From Lama glama (lineage: Eukaryota): a stretch of DNA of 64,000 nucleotides. Every line of letters starts with the position of its first letter. The first letter of the stretch is position 1. Below, one piece after another: positions 12,201-24,200 of the stretch. A model generated the notes under the pieces. The model was not told the DNA's origin. It saw only the letters and a program-made list of their open reading frames with translations, and did no database searches. A program made the translations under genes and the position numbers. Location: assembly GCA_028534125.1 (NCBI GenBank), contig CM052839.1:12958001-13022000 (forward strand), written 5' to 3'.

Positions 12201-15200
12201 CCTGAGCTGTATCCTCCCCCCAGTTTATTTGCTGCCCAAGGAGTGGTTTAGCAGTAATGACAGTTCAGTACTTTTGAATTACTGTAGCCTAGATTTGAAC
12301 AGTATAAGCCTTTTGGAGTTTGAATTGAAAACTTTAGTTGGAGTTCTGTTGACCATTTGTTGACCTGTTTAATGAGTTGATTCGGCATATTAAACATTTT
12401 CTCAGAAAGATTCCGTGGCGTAAATAGTAAAAACCAGCAAGTATTAGATTATGGAAAATTTCTTAACCAGGAAGTTCCAGTGTTCTCAGAGTCCACAGAG
12501 CTCTTTGAGGGTTCCATGACTTCAGAACTATTTTCATGAAAGTATTAAGAAGTTGTCTTTTTCCCACTGTCGTGACACTTGCATCCACGATGTCACAGCA
12601 GCTGTGAGTGACATGCTGTTGCCTCTGCCCAGTCTGGAGGGCACCACTGGTCATGGTGCTCAGAGTATTCTTTAAGCTCCGAGCATTTGCGGTTTGGGGG
12701 CTTTTTTAAATGGCAGTTTGACTTAAGAACGTCCTTGATGAAGCAGCACAAATTGACTAGAAAATCTTGGCCCTCGAGCAGCTGTCTGTGCGGTAAAACG
12801 GGAGGTGTGCGGGAGCCCCCTGGTGTGCCCTGGAGCGTGCAGCTCTCCAGGAGAAGCACTTCTGCAGCTGTTTGAGTTCCAGGCTGAACTAGCCTCCCCT
12901 TTTTCATGGAATGCCATTTTTAACTGAAAGGATGACAGACAAACTATGGTTTTCAGACCTGAATGTTTGGCCGATATTTTCTTAAAAATGAGTGAGCGTG
13001 TCTTCAAGGAGAACAGCCTAGCGGCATTTGTCGCCACTTTTACATTCCAGGCTTTCAGGCAAAAATTAGAATTTTGCAAAATGTGTGTCCCTCACTGAGC
13101 TTAACATCTTCACACTGTTCGCAGATGTTTCTGGTAAGACTAGTGGCAATAATGACTAATGTGACACTTCAACCTGTGATGAAACGTATTTACATTTTAA
13201 AAAGCTGTGGGGCTCAGTGTTTTCCAAGTGACCGACTTGTGATGTCCCAGTGGACGTCGTGTCTGGATAAACGATCCATGAAGTATTTTTAATAAACCAG
13301 AGGACATGACAGTGGGATGGATTTTAATAGAGTGCAAACGTGTATTGATGTGGTTTCAGATTTCACATCACAACTAACCTTTGAGTAGAGTGTTTATCAT
13401 TTTTAAAAAGATCTCAAGGAAACATGACAGAATGTCCAATATCTATTAGAACTCAGTGGAAGACATACAGGTGTTGCATTCTGTGTATTTGAATTATTAC
13501 ATTGAAGACGAACACTGTCATCTAATGAAGAAAGTGCTTGGCGAGGTAGGAGGTCAGTGCCTGTGAAGAGAGGAGTGTTGCAGAGTCGTGGTAGGTGTCT
13601 GTCTCTTCTGTCGTCAGCGGGGAAAGGGCTGAACAGAATGGGTGAATTGGCAGAGGGACATGGGCTGGGCACTGGGGAAACCCATGTAGTAGCTGTTAGC
13701 CAGTGCTTGAAAACGTAGCACTCACGGAATCTTCTGAAAGCTTCTTAAAAAGTGTGGCCAGAGGGTTCTTCCATCACGTCCCTGTTCAGAACGCAAGGAT
13801 TGTTTAGCCTTCAGAACCCTGCCGAGCTCTGCGACTCTACATTGGAAAAGGGTTTCTTCTTGAATCAGTGCTTTAGGTTGGATCCTAAGTAGCGTATTCA
13901 CATCTGAAGTAAGAATAAGAATAAGAAAAAATACAAAGCGTGAGCATATTGGTAATTTTTAACAGTTGGGATGTTAAGGGGTCTCTGTGACAAATCCCCG
14001 TGGGAGAGGCTGACAGCCTAAGTCTGGTGAGACGTGGGGTCTAGAAGAGGCGCAGGACAGACCGCTGCCAGGGCCAGGCCTGGGTCTTCACAGACCTAGA
14101 CCTTAGGTGCTACATTTAGCGACACAGGATTATAAATACATTAAATGGCCAATGGCTTGTATATTATATATGTTACATATAAACATGTACTCTTCAGTAG
14201 AAGAATGAGCAGTTTTATGTAAACACATAACTTGCAGAAGGGAAAATCCTGTTTAAAAAAAAATTTAAAAGGAATGTGTCCTCACTCATAGTAAAAGAAA
14301 TTCAGTGACACCAGTGATGAGTTGTTGCTAGGGAAGTTGCACAATTCTTAATGCTAGTGCAGGAGGGCTACTGCAGCGTTGTTGACAATCCAGAAGTCGA
14401 AAATCACCTAAGTGCATTAAAATAGGAGCATTTTAAATACAGATTGGTACAGAGTGTTTCTGTGGAATCATTAATAAAAATAACTTGAGGAATTTGTAGT
14501 GTCGGGATATGTTCAGTTCATGATTGTATTAGTTTAAAAAAAGGTGTGCTACATGACTGCATAGGGCATCCTGGGTTTTGCACGTGCACGTAGCATGGGC
14601 ACACACGGATGGGCAGAGGAGAGACTGAAGGAGAGGCACCAGGGTGCTTAGAATCGCTAGCTGGTGGAATCATGAGGGTTTATTGTTTTTCTTAACGGTT
14701 TTCTGTTTCTTCCACATTCCAACACAAGTTATTTTTACTAGAAAATAAATGTGTTATCTTTATTAGAAAAAAATCACTGGGATTTTTCTATCAGCTTTTT
14801 ATCACTATTATTTGGAGGGGAGAGAAGAGCTTTGTGATGGCGGGTACTTGTGCGGAGCGAAGAGTAGTTCCCAGAATGTCAGATGGACGGAAGCAACCCC
14901 CATCTGTGCCGACGGTCACTTGGCAGTTCCCTGGGGGTGACTGCCCTCCAGCCCGAGCACTTGTCTGCCATGCAGCCCTCCCTCTGCTCTCGAGCCTGTG
15001 TGTGCCTGTACTCTGCCTGCCTGCCTTCCTTCCTTTCTCGTTACTTAAGTCTGGAATAATTTGTTTTACTCCTTTAGGCCTCACGGAAGCCTCGTGAAGA
15101 GCGAGACGTGTCTCAGTGTGAGAGTGTAGCTTCCACTGTTTCTGCTCAGGAGGACGAAGATATTGAAGCCTCCAATGAAGAGGAGAATCCAGAGGACAGT

Positions 15201-18200
15201 GAAGGTATCTCAGACCTTCGATTTGGTCGTGGCTTCTACGAGCCCAAATGTGTGATGTTTTGCTTAGTCACTTGGCTATTTAGGAATTGCTTCAGTAAGG
15301 AAATAGCATATCAGGGTTTTTAAGGCAAAGACTTTAAATGTGAACACAATGTGTTTATTCATTCAGTCAACACACACTTACGTACGTAGCACTTCAGGTG
15401 GCCCAGGTGCTATGACCAGAGGGCCTTGAAGGCGGCAGGGCTGCCGCAGGCCTCAGCCGACGCCGCTGCGAGGCCTGCGTGTCTGAACCGGGGCCACGTG
15501 TGTGTGTTCAGTCAGTGTGATCAGTTCCATTTCCCTCTTTATTTTATTTCACTGAATTTGATTTACTTCAGTTTTTACAGAGACTTAACTGTCATTGGTT
15601 TTCCACATAAAATGTATTAATAACCCAAGGAGCCCTGGTAGGAAAAAATGTCAACCCAAGGAACTTAAGAAAAGATGTAAAATCCTTTCTGTGACTTAAA
15701 CAGATCAATGACAGCTTCCTGAAGAAGTAAATGTTTTCTTGAGTTCTTGCTAGTTTAGAAAGGTTCTTGATTTATTTCATTTTATGTTATTAGTAAAGTT
15801 TCTGTAGATTTCTTTTGTAGATTTCCCACTTCTGAAGTAGGGTTTTCACAGTGATTTCACAGCTGTCAATACATAAACTTACTGCCTTAAATATGTTCAT
15901 GTTTTGTGCATGCAGACATCTTCTCCGTCTGTTCGCTCTGTGTGTTGTTTCTTCTGCAAGTGACCCGAGCGAGCCCTCCGCGCGGGCAGAGCTGCTGGCG
16001 CCCTCCTCAGCAGGCTCTCGCAGCCTCAGCTTAGGGGGTTCTGCGCCTTCTGGGAGTCTCAGAAATGCTAGCTTTTGTTTTATTTTTTCCTACAAGTTGT
16101 TGAGTTTTAAATTTAAGATTTGTCTTGAAATGGGTTTTGGCTTGGAACAATAAGTAAACTTGATTCTGTGGGATGTTGTGAAGAATGAGGCCAGTGTTCC
16201 AAGAAGGCAGCGGACCTGGCACAGACCCGCCACGGGGAGGCGCTGGGAGGAGCTGGCTCAGCAGAGTCTCTGTCGGAACCTGAGTTGTGTGGCGGGCGGC
16301 CCGCGCTCCCCGGAGTTACCCACGTGCAGGAAGCCCGTGCTGGTCTCCCTGGGCTGCTGTAGCGGACTTTTACAGACCGGGGGCCGCCAACAGGAGAAGT
16401 GTATTTTCTCCCGGTTCTGGAGGGGCAGCCCCTGAGCGGGGAGCTGCTGGCGTTGTCTCTGGCGAGCCTGTCTTCCTGCGCGCAGGCGGCCGCCTCGGGC
16501 CCTGCGGCCCGGGGCCTGCCCTCCGTACGTGTGCGCTCCTGCTGTCTCTTCCTCTTCGTGTGAGGACACCGGTCTTGCTGGGTGAGGGCCCCTCTCACGG
16601 CCTCATTTACCCTTCATCGCCTCCTTCAGGGCAGTGTCTCCAGTGCAGTCACATTGAGGGTTAGAGCTTTAACGTAATTTTTGGGGGGACGCAATTCAGG
16701 CTCAAGCCTAATTATCACAAATATGTTTATGTCAGGACAAAAAAAGCCAGTATGTTCACGGGCCAACAGAGTCTCAAAAACTGAGCACCAAAAAGTAACT
16801 TTTTTCCTTCTGTTTTCTTCCTGTTACTTTGTCTTAATGTGAAGTTTTTTTCAAATTGTCAAATAAGGTTATTATGGTTAAGTGAGGCACTAAAATAATG
16901 TATCCATGGGGTCTCACGGAGGGTGGCCTGGCCTCCTGCCCACCCGCACACGTGGCAGTGGTGTGACATCTGGAGTGGGGAGCGCGCCTGCCGCTGGAGT
17001 CGTGGGGGCTCCGTTCCCTTTGACTTGGTCTGTGCTCTCCGCGCAGCCTAAGGAGACGCTGGAGGTAGAGCATGGTGCAGGGGGGAGCGGGCATGGCATC
17101 TGCGCCCGTCCTCCTGAAACGCGCGTCTGGTTGTGTGCGTGCCTTTCACGATTAGCTGAGTTAAGTTAGAGCTACCGGAACTTTACCAAACCTGGGTTTG
17201 CTCTTGCCCTGCATCATTCCCTAAGGTGTTTGGGGGCAGGGAGGAAGAAGACACATCTGTCTGGTGCTCAGTGGGGCACTGAGCCCTGGAAACACTTGTA
17301 CTGTTGGGTTGCTTGGAGGAAGAAGGTAACTGGAAAAGTGCTCATGTCGGATGGTTCCACCTGCTGCATAGTCACTAACAGGTCCTCCGTGTTTGGAAGA
17401 TACATAACTTGTTAATTTGTCCTTGGATTTGAGGTTTTCCATCCTCGTATGAATAGAAATGAGGGTGAAGTCAAGTTTTTTGTTAGCCTTTCAACGTTCT
17501 GGTGAAATCTTGAAGAGTAATTGCTGCCCTGTGTTAAGACCTTACTGCATGTGAGGTACTGTTCTGAGCTTTTGTCCTTTGACTTTGTCTTTATTTTTGA
17601 GACTTGAACTCTGATATGAACCCAGGCTCATATATCTGACTGCCTGTGTAACATTTCCTGTTGGAGACCTAAGCGTTAAGCTTGCACTGGAAGCCACGCC
17701 CTCCTCTCCCTCCAGTCTTTCCCTGGGTGTTCAGGTTCTGATGCCCTTCCCGTCCCAGCACCGGTGTGTGCTCCGTCAGCAGAGGTGCTCCGCTGGTCAG
17801 CGCTTCTTTAGGTGCTCCGTTCAGACTCTCGGCACGCCTCCCTCCTGCCGCCCTCTTCCGAGCCCCTGTCTCCGTCGCGGTGGCCTCTGGTTGGTCCGCT
17901 TGCTGCTGTTTGTTCTGTTTTTTCCCCCTCACGGAACAGCCAGAGTGATCTTATAAAATGTGAATCAGATCAGGTTTCTTCTCTGCTCCAAACCCTGCGG
18001 CACTTCCTCGTCTCATCTGGAATGGAAGCCGGGGGCCCCCCTGTGTGAGCTGACCCCCCCCCCAACCGCTTTCCCGTTTGCGCACCCGCTCTCGTCGTCG
18101 CTGTAAACTGAGACGAGAATTAGCGTTTTCCGGTTGTCAGTCTCGGGGGCGGCGTCGCCATTCGGTGTGTGCGTGTGCTGTGAATTGATCACTACAGTCT

Positions 18201-21200
18201 GGTTTGTGACGAGAATTCTTGTGTCTCCTCTCAGCCGCTTTCAAATCTACAGCACAGCGTCACCGACTGGTCACCGTGCTGTGCGTCAGCCCCGGGGCTG
18301 GCTTACTCTGTGACCGAGTGTGTGTGCCTTTTGACTGCCTTCGTCCGCTTTGTCCACCCCTCACCTGCCTCCGACAGCCACCAGTCTGTTCTCGGGATCT
18401 CTGCCTTTTTTTGATATTTTGTAAATCGAAGCTAGTTGCTGTGCCCCCTTTTCTCCACATCCTCTCCAGCCCTGGCTGTGCCTTGTCGTTTTGGTGATGG
18501 CCATTCTGGCAGGTGCGAGGTGACTGCTTCTTGTTTGACACACTGTCCTCTTTGCTGTTCCCAAGCAAGGCGACCCCCCGGAGGGGCTTTTCCTCGTGCT
18601 GATCTCTCACCTGGGGGGTGCTTCCCCCATGTGCCTGTGCTGCTGCTGGTTGTCTTTGGGCTTCCTGAAAGGTCACGTTAGCTCTCTGATGCGCCCTTGC
18701 CCCGTGGTCCCCAGTGTTGCTTCTCTTCACTGCACTTACCACCACCTGATGTGTCGCAGGTTTGCTGTTTGTTGTCTCTTTCACACTAGAATGTCAGCTC
18801 TGGTAGAGTGCAGTTGCCGCCAAGACCTCAAACAGCTCCACGCACAGTGGATGTTCAGTACATATTTGAATGAATGAAAGAGTGAATTTGGAGTTTTCAA
18901 ATACTGTGTTATGCATGAAAAGTATTCTTTCCTATATGGTCATTTAAGTTTTTATTTTATTGTTTTTAAATATAAATGATACATTTATAGCTTTAGAGTT
19001 TACTATTTTGCTTAAGATATTTCTGATAATTCCTGAGGGTATACGTATCTTATACTAAGTTATCCTCCTGGAGTTTTAAAAATATTTATTCCATCTGGAA
19101 TTATTTTTCTGCAAAGTGTAAGATAAGGTTCATGTTTCTTTTCCAAAGAGCCAGTTCTGAGAGAACTAGTTTATGAAATAAGTCATCCTTTACCCAACGA
19201 TTTAAAGTGTCATCTCTGGCATATATCAATTTCTCACATACCTTAGGATCTGTTCCCACACGCTGTCTTCTGTACCACTGATTGGCTTTGTCTGTCTCTG
19301 TGACAGTTCCAAGCATGTTGTAACACACACTGGCTTCATAGTAAATCTGAGTATCAGGGGAGGCAAGTCTCACTCTGGTACTTTTTCTGTATTTCTTGGA
19401 TTTTCTTAGGGACTTATTCTTGCATATATATTATAAATTGGTTTATCTAGTTTTAAGAAATTTTTCTTACAAACCTTTGGGATTCTCGTTGGAAGTCTAC
19501 ATATTAATTTTAGGGAGATTTAAATTTTTATGTTATAGTCTTGTAAGAAAATAATCTAAAAGCTTAATGCTGCACTGACCATCTCTGTATGCTGTTTATA
19601 GCAGTGTCAGGTTGGCAGTAGCCCAGGGACCCAGTAATAGGGGGAAGGTCAGTTTACAGATACATTCAAGCCATTCATTCACTGTACATGTCAGCGGATA
19701 CTCGAGTCTGCTCTGTGCCAGGCTCTAGGCCTTGTGCTTGTCATTGGGACTTGAATGATAAACAAAATGTACGATCCTTGCCCTTACGGTGTTTATAACC
19801 TAGTGGGCCAGGAATCAGATAGTAGTGAGGAAAGTAAAACTATAGCTGTGACCAGTATAGGCACGGTAAGAGGCATAGTAGCAAAATGTAACTTTGTCAG
19901 GGGCGTGGCGGGAGGCTTTTGGAAGCACCTGATATTTGATCCACTACGCGGAGGGAAAGGAGGTGAAAGAGCACATGAGGTCTGTGGTGAGGGCCGCACA
20001 GGCCTTCCCAGAGCAGCAGTAAGGCGTAAGGCCTGGGGTGAGGGGTACAGCGAACACGGGGCAGGAGGTGAGGCTGGGAGGGCAGGTGGGTCCCCCAGCC
20101 CGGGCCTTCAGCAGGGCCACACTCTGGAGTTTGGAACTTTGGCCTGAGAGCAACGTCGTTCCATGGACATGCTCTGAGAGGGAATGAAGTGGGGAGGGAG
20201 GGGATGGACAGGAAGGGGAGAGTATGAGTGAGTTTTGGTAAGATTTGGTTTTAAAAACTCACTGTGGTGCTCTTGTAGAGAGTGGTCTGGGTGCTGGGTA
20301 AGAAGAGTCCCTCTTGGCCCCTGGTGGTTGTTGTGAAGTGGAGCAGAAGTGGCTGGATTCAAGGGATATTTTTAAAGAGAAACTCTCTGAGACTCGTGTA
20401 GGCAGGATATGGGGATAAATGAGAGGAGAGCTTTGGAAGATGGCTCCTAGGTTTCTGGTTTGTTTATTGGATAGTAAACACTAGAAAAGCAGCTGATTTG
20501 AGAATTGGAAGTGTTGAATAAATGTCCAGTGTAAGACATAGTGAATTTGTGGTTCGTTTGAGGTATCTAGGTAAAGATAGCATTTACATTGTATTTATAG
20601 CTGTTTACACAGCATCTGTATTGCAAGTCATCTAGAGGTGGTTTAAAGTCTACGGGAGGATGTGCCTAGGTTACATGCAAATGCTAGGCATTTTACAGAA
20701 GGGACTTGAGCATCTGTGGATTTTAGTATCCATGGTGGGAGCGTGGGGGTTGTCCTGGAACCAGTCCCCTGCAGACAACGAGGGACAACCGTAGTCCAAA
20801 TTGAGATGTACTGAAAATGTAAAATAGCATCAGATTTTGAAGACTTAGTACCAAAAAAGGTAAAATTATCTTACTACAAGTTTTCTATATTGGTTACATT
20901 TAAAAATAACAATTTGCACATATTACGTCAAATAAAATACGCCGTTGAAGTTAAGTTTACCTATCGCTCTTTTTACTTTCTTACTGTGGCCACCAGAAAA
21001 ATTAAAATGACTGATGTGAGGTGCCTTATGTTTCTGTTGGACGGTGCCGTTCTCGAGCGTTAGCTCTCCCAGGTCAAAAGGAAGCACTGAGACAGGCTGG
21101 TAGAAAAAAAGAGTGCTTTTTGTTCACTTCTGTTTTTCCATCTCTTTTCGTTTTTCAAATTTCATATGAATTGCTTTTAGACATCAGAGCCTTCACACTT

Positions 21201-24200
21201 GGATTTCAGTAGGCCAGGGCAGTCTGGCCCCCCGCCTGCCCTGTAGAAAGCGCTAGTTTCCCCGCTGGCCTGGCCGTAGTGGCTGAATGAGGTCATCAGA
21301 GGAGGGTAACTCGCCCCCAACCGTCACTTCCAAGCATGGCTCTGTCGCCACCTGAAACGTGATCATTATCAGATTTTTATGCTGTATCATTATCTTTAAG
21401 GTGCTGAAAATAGTTCTGATACAGAAAGTGCTCCTTCTCCTTCACCAGTTGAAGCTGTCAAGCCCGGCGAGGACAGCACTGAGCACGCGGCTCCTCGAGG
21501 GGACGCCGAGCCCGAGGCCGCCCCCGACCCCGCGCCCGGCGCACCCCCCGCCCCGGCGGCCCCCGGCGGCGCGCCCACCCTGGACCAGAGCGCAGAGGCC
21601 CCGGCGCCGGGCGGCGCGCAGACGGCGGAGCCGATGGACGTGGAGCGCGGGCCCGAGTCCAAGCCCCCGGCGGCCGCGCAGGCGGACTGTGTGGACGTAG
21701 AGATGCGGGCGCCGGCGGACGGCCCGCCCGGAGTGGAGGGCGACGCCGGGGGCCGAGACGCGGAGCCCGAGAGGAGCGGCGAGCGGCCGGAGCCCGGCGC
21801 CGACGAGCTGGGGGCCGCCCCGCGCACCAGCGCCCCGGGCCCCGAGCCCGCGTCCGACCACGACTCCAGCGCCACGTGCAGCGCCGACGAGGACGTGGAC
21901 GCCGAGCCCGAGCGGCAGCGGTGAGCGCGCCCCGACCCCTGTCCCCACGGCCACGGCCCCAGTGCCCAGGATCACGGTCACCACGGCCCCGGTCCCCACA
22001 GTCACGGCCGCGCTGGCCCCGTGCGAACGCTGGCGGAGGGAGAGCCCGGTGCTCCGACGCTGGGCCACGATGCTCTCTCTACCAGACACACTCGCGGGAC
22101 CGTGCCTTCTTAATGGGAAAGATTTTAGGTGTTCTCTGCCTCGGTTGTTACGCACATTCCGGAGACAGCAGAAAAGGGGATTTCAGCCGGCAAAGCTGGG
22201 AACTGAAGCCCCGTGACCGCCGCTGCTGGAGACGGAAGCGGTGTCCTGGGGGCGCACATGGAGGGGCCATGGCGCCCGCCTGCCTGAGGCGGCGCCGGCC
22301 TGGGAGGGTCAGGGTGCGGGCCAGAGCAGGGACCCGAGTGTGGGCACTCCAGACAGCACGGCTGGAGTCCGAGTCCGTGGTCCTGGTGATGGTCACTTCT
22401 CATGCCAGTTTAAACTTGAGGTTACTGGTATTTGTCGTTTAAAATATCAGGCACAATACGAATGAATTTGTACGTACTTTTAGTCAAATTAATAACAGAA
22501 AAATATCATCTTTGTTTTTTATGAAAATTAAAGTGAAAGTTTTTTTTTTTTTTACAGGAATAGATACTACTTTATTTAATATATTTAGTTTCCTAGGTGT
22601 ATACTTTTCCTTGAAGGAAATGGAATCACCTAGAATTACAGGCGAATGCTGGACTGGTGCAAATTCTAGAAATGAAGTACACCAAATCATTGTTTAAACA
22701 AAAACCCCGTTCAGCTCAAAAAATCTCCCTCCCCTTTTCAATAAGAAAGAGGCAAAAAAGCTCCTCATCAGACAGCCAGGTTCCGCTTGAAGCTCCCGTG
22801 TCCCGGGGTCCTGTTTTCACGGTGCTTTCTGCCCGCGGGCGTTACGTTTTCAATCTGACATACTCAGCAGTGAAATTTGATCCTAGAGTAACATCGATGA
22901 TGGCGATTCTCCAGTTTTCTGTATGGTACACACTCGAGTTTTCGTCAACAAGAACTAAAGTAAAATAAGGGTCCTGCTTATTAACCTTTGGTTTTTCAGA
23001 AAATTGAACCTTCTAGCGCTCTCTTCCCCACGTCTCATAATAATACAGATTTTAGTTGTCCCAGACTTTGGAGTAATCATAAATGGATTCAAGCATGTGG
23101 TCCCTTTTCAAACATGCTTTATTGAAAGCTGTCATCCAAAATAAGAGTTCTCTGTGTTTTGCCCTGTTGGTTTCAGTCACTATATTTATGAATGAAGGAA
23201 GAATTAGGAAGGCAGCAGTCTTGAAGGAGAGGAGCACCCTAGGGGGTGGACGTGGCCGTAGTCTTGAAGTCCCTTGTACGTGTGTGGTGGTCTCTGGTTG
23301 GTACCCAAACGTCTGCTTCACTTCCAGGCTATCAAAATAACACTTCCAGTGCTCTCTATCTTTAGTACCATCTTTATTCTTTTGTATAGAGTATGAATCA
23401 TTTTCTTTTACACATTCTCATTTTCTGAGGTTGGCACCTTTCGAAGTGTTTATCTTCCTTCCCCAGTAGCTGACAGCCCTGGGAAGCATGACGGAGCCCA
23501 TGAGGTGCAGCTCTCGTGTGTGCTCTCCCCGCTTCAGACACTGGGCGCCCTCAAGTCGAGTGCGGGTCCTGAATGCGGGTGAGGCGGGAGGGGTGAGCGC
23601 AAATGAGACGGCAGAGGAGCCACGCGGGAGCTCGCGCTGGCTAGGAAGGGCCTCTCTGCAGGTGCAGCATGAGCTTGCTATGCAGCAGTGCTGTCCCTGC
23701 GTTGCCATTGCCTCCCATTTCATGAGAGACTGGGAGTCTGGAGTTTGGGGTGAAATTCTCTATTTTAAAACGGTGGTGGTTTATTCAAATGGTTTTAAAA
23801 ATACTCTGTGATCCTAGCAAAAAATCCTGTAACAGGTAACTAGTTTGTAACCTACGTTGGTGGTTAATTAGGACCTAACTTACAATGGCACTTGTTTAGA
23901 CTGTTCTGCAGGTTGGATGTAAATGGTTAAATTCAGATCGATTTCAACCTATAAACCAGTGTTAGGAGTCTTCACCTGGAAAATTCGTGTTATAGATTCC
24001 TTTCTGCTTACTGTTCAGATATCTTGTAGGGTTAATGTAATACATGCATGTGTGTGTGAACACATACCCATATTAACTGAGAAGGAACTGTGGTGATTAT
24101 ATGTTTAAAACCTTAAATAAGAATATATTGATCTATCTTTTTACATCGCACTTGCAGAATTTTTCCCATGGACTCAAAGCCTTCACTGTTAAACCCCACT

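Noticed and set aside
12123-12221. Possible tRNA gene
   Set aside because: Degenerate A/B boxes, a simple-repeat tail and related dispersed copies, one with a target-site duplication, indicate a SINE.
21396-22442. Long antisense and alternative-frame ORFs (159, 237 and 188 aa) over exon 20
   Set aside because: Stop codons are scarce at about 85% GC; the peptides are low-complexity with no recognisable domain.
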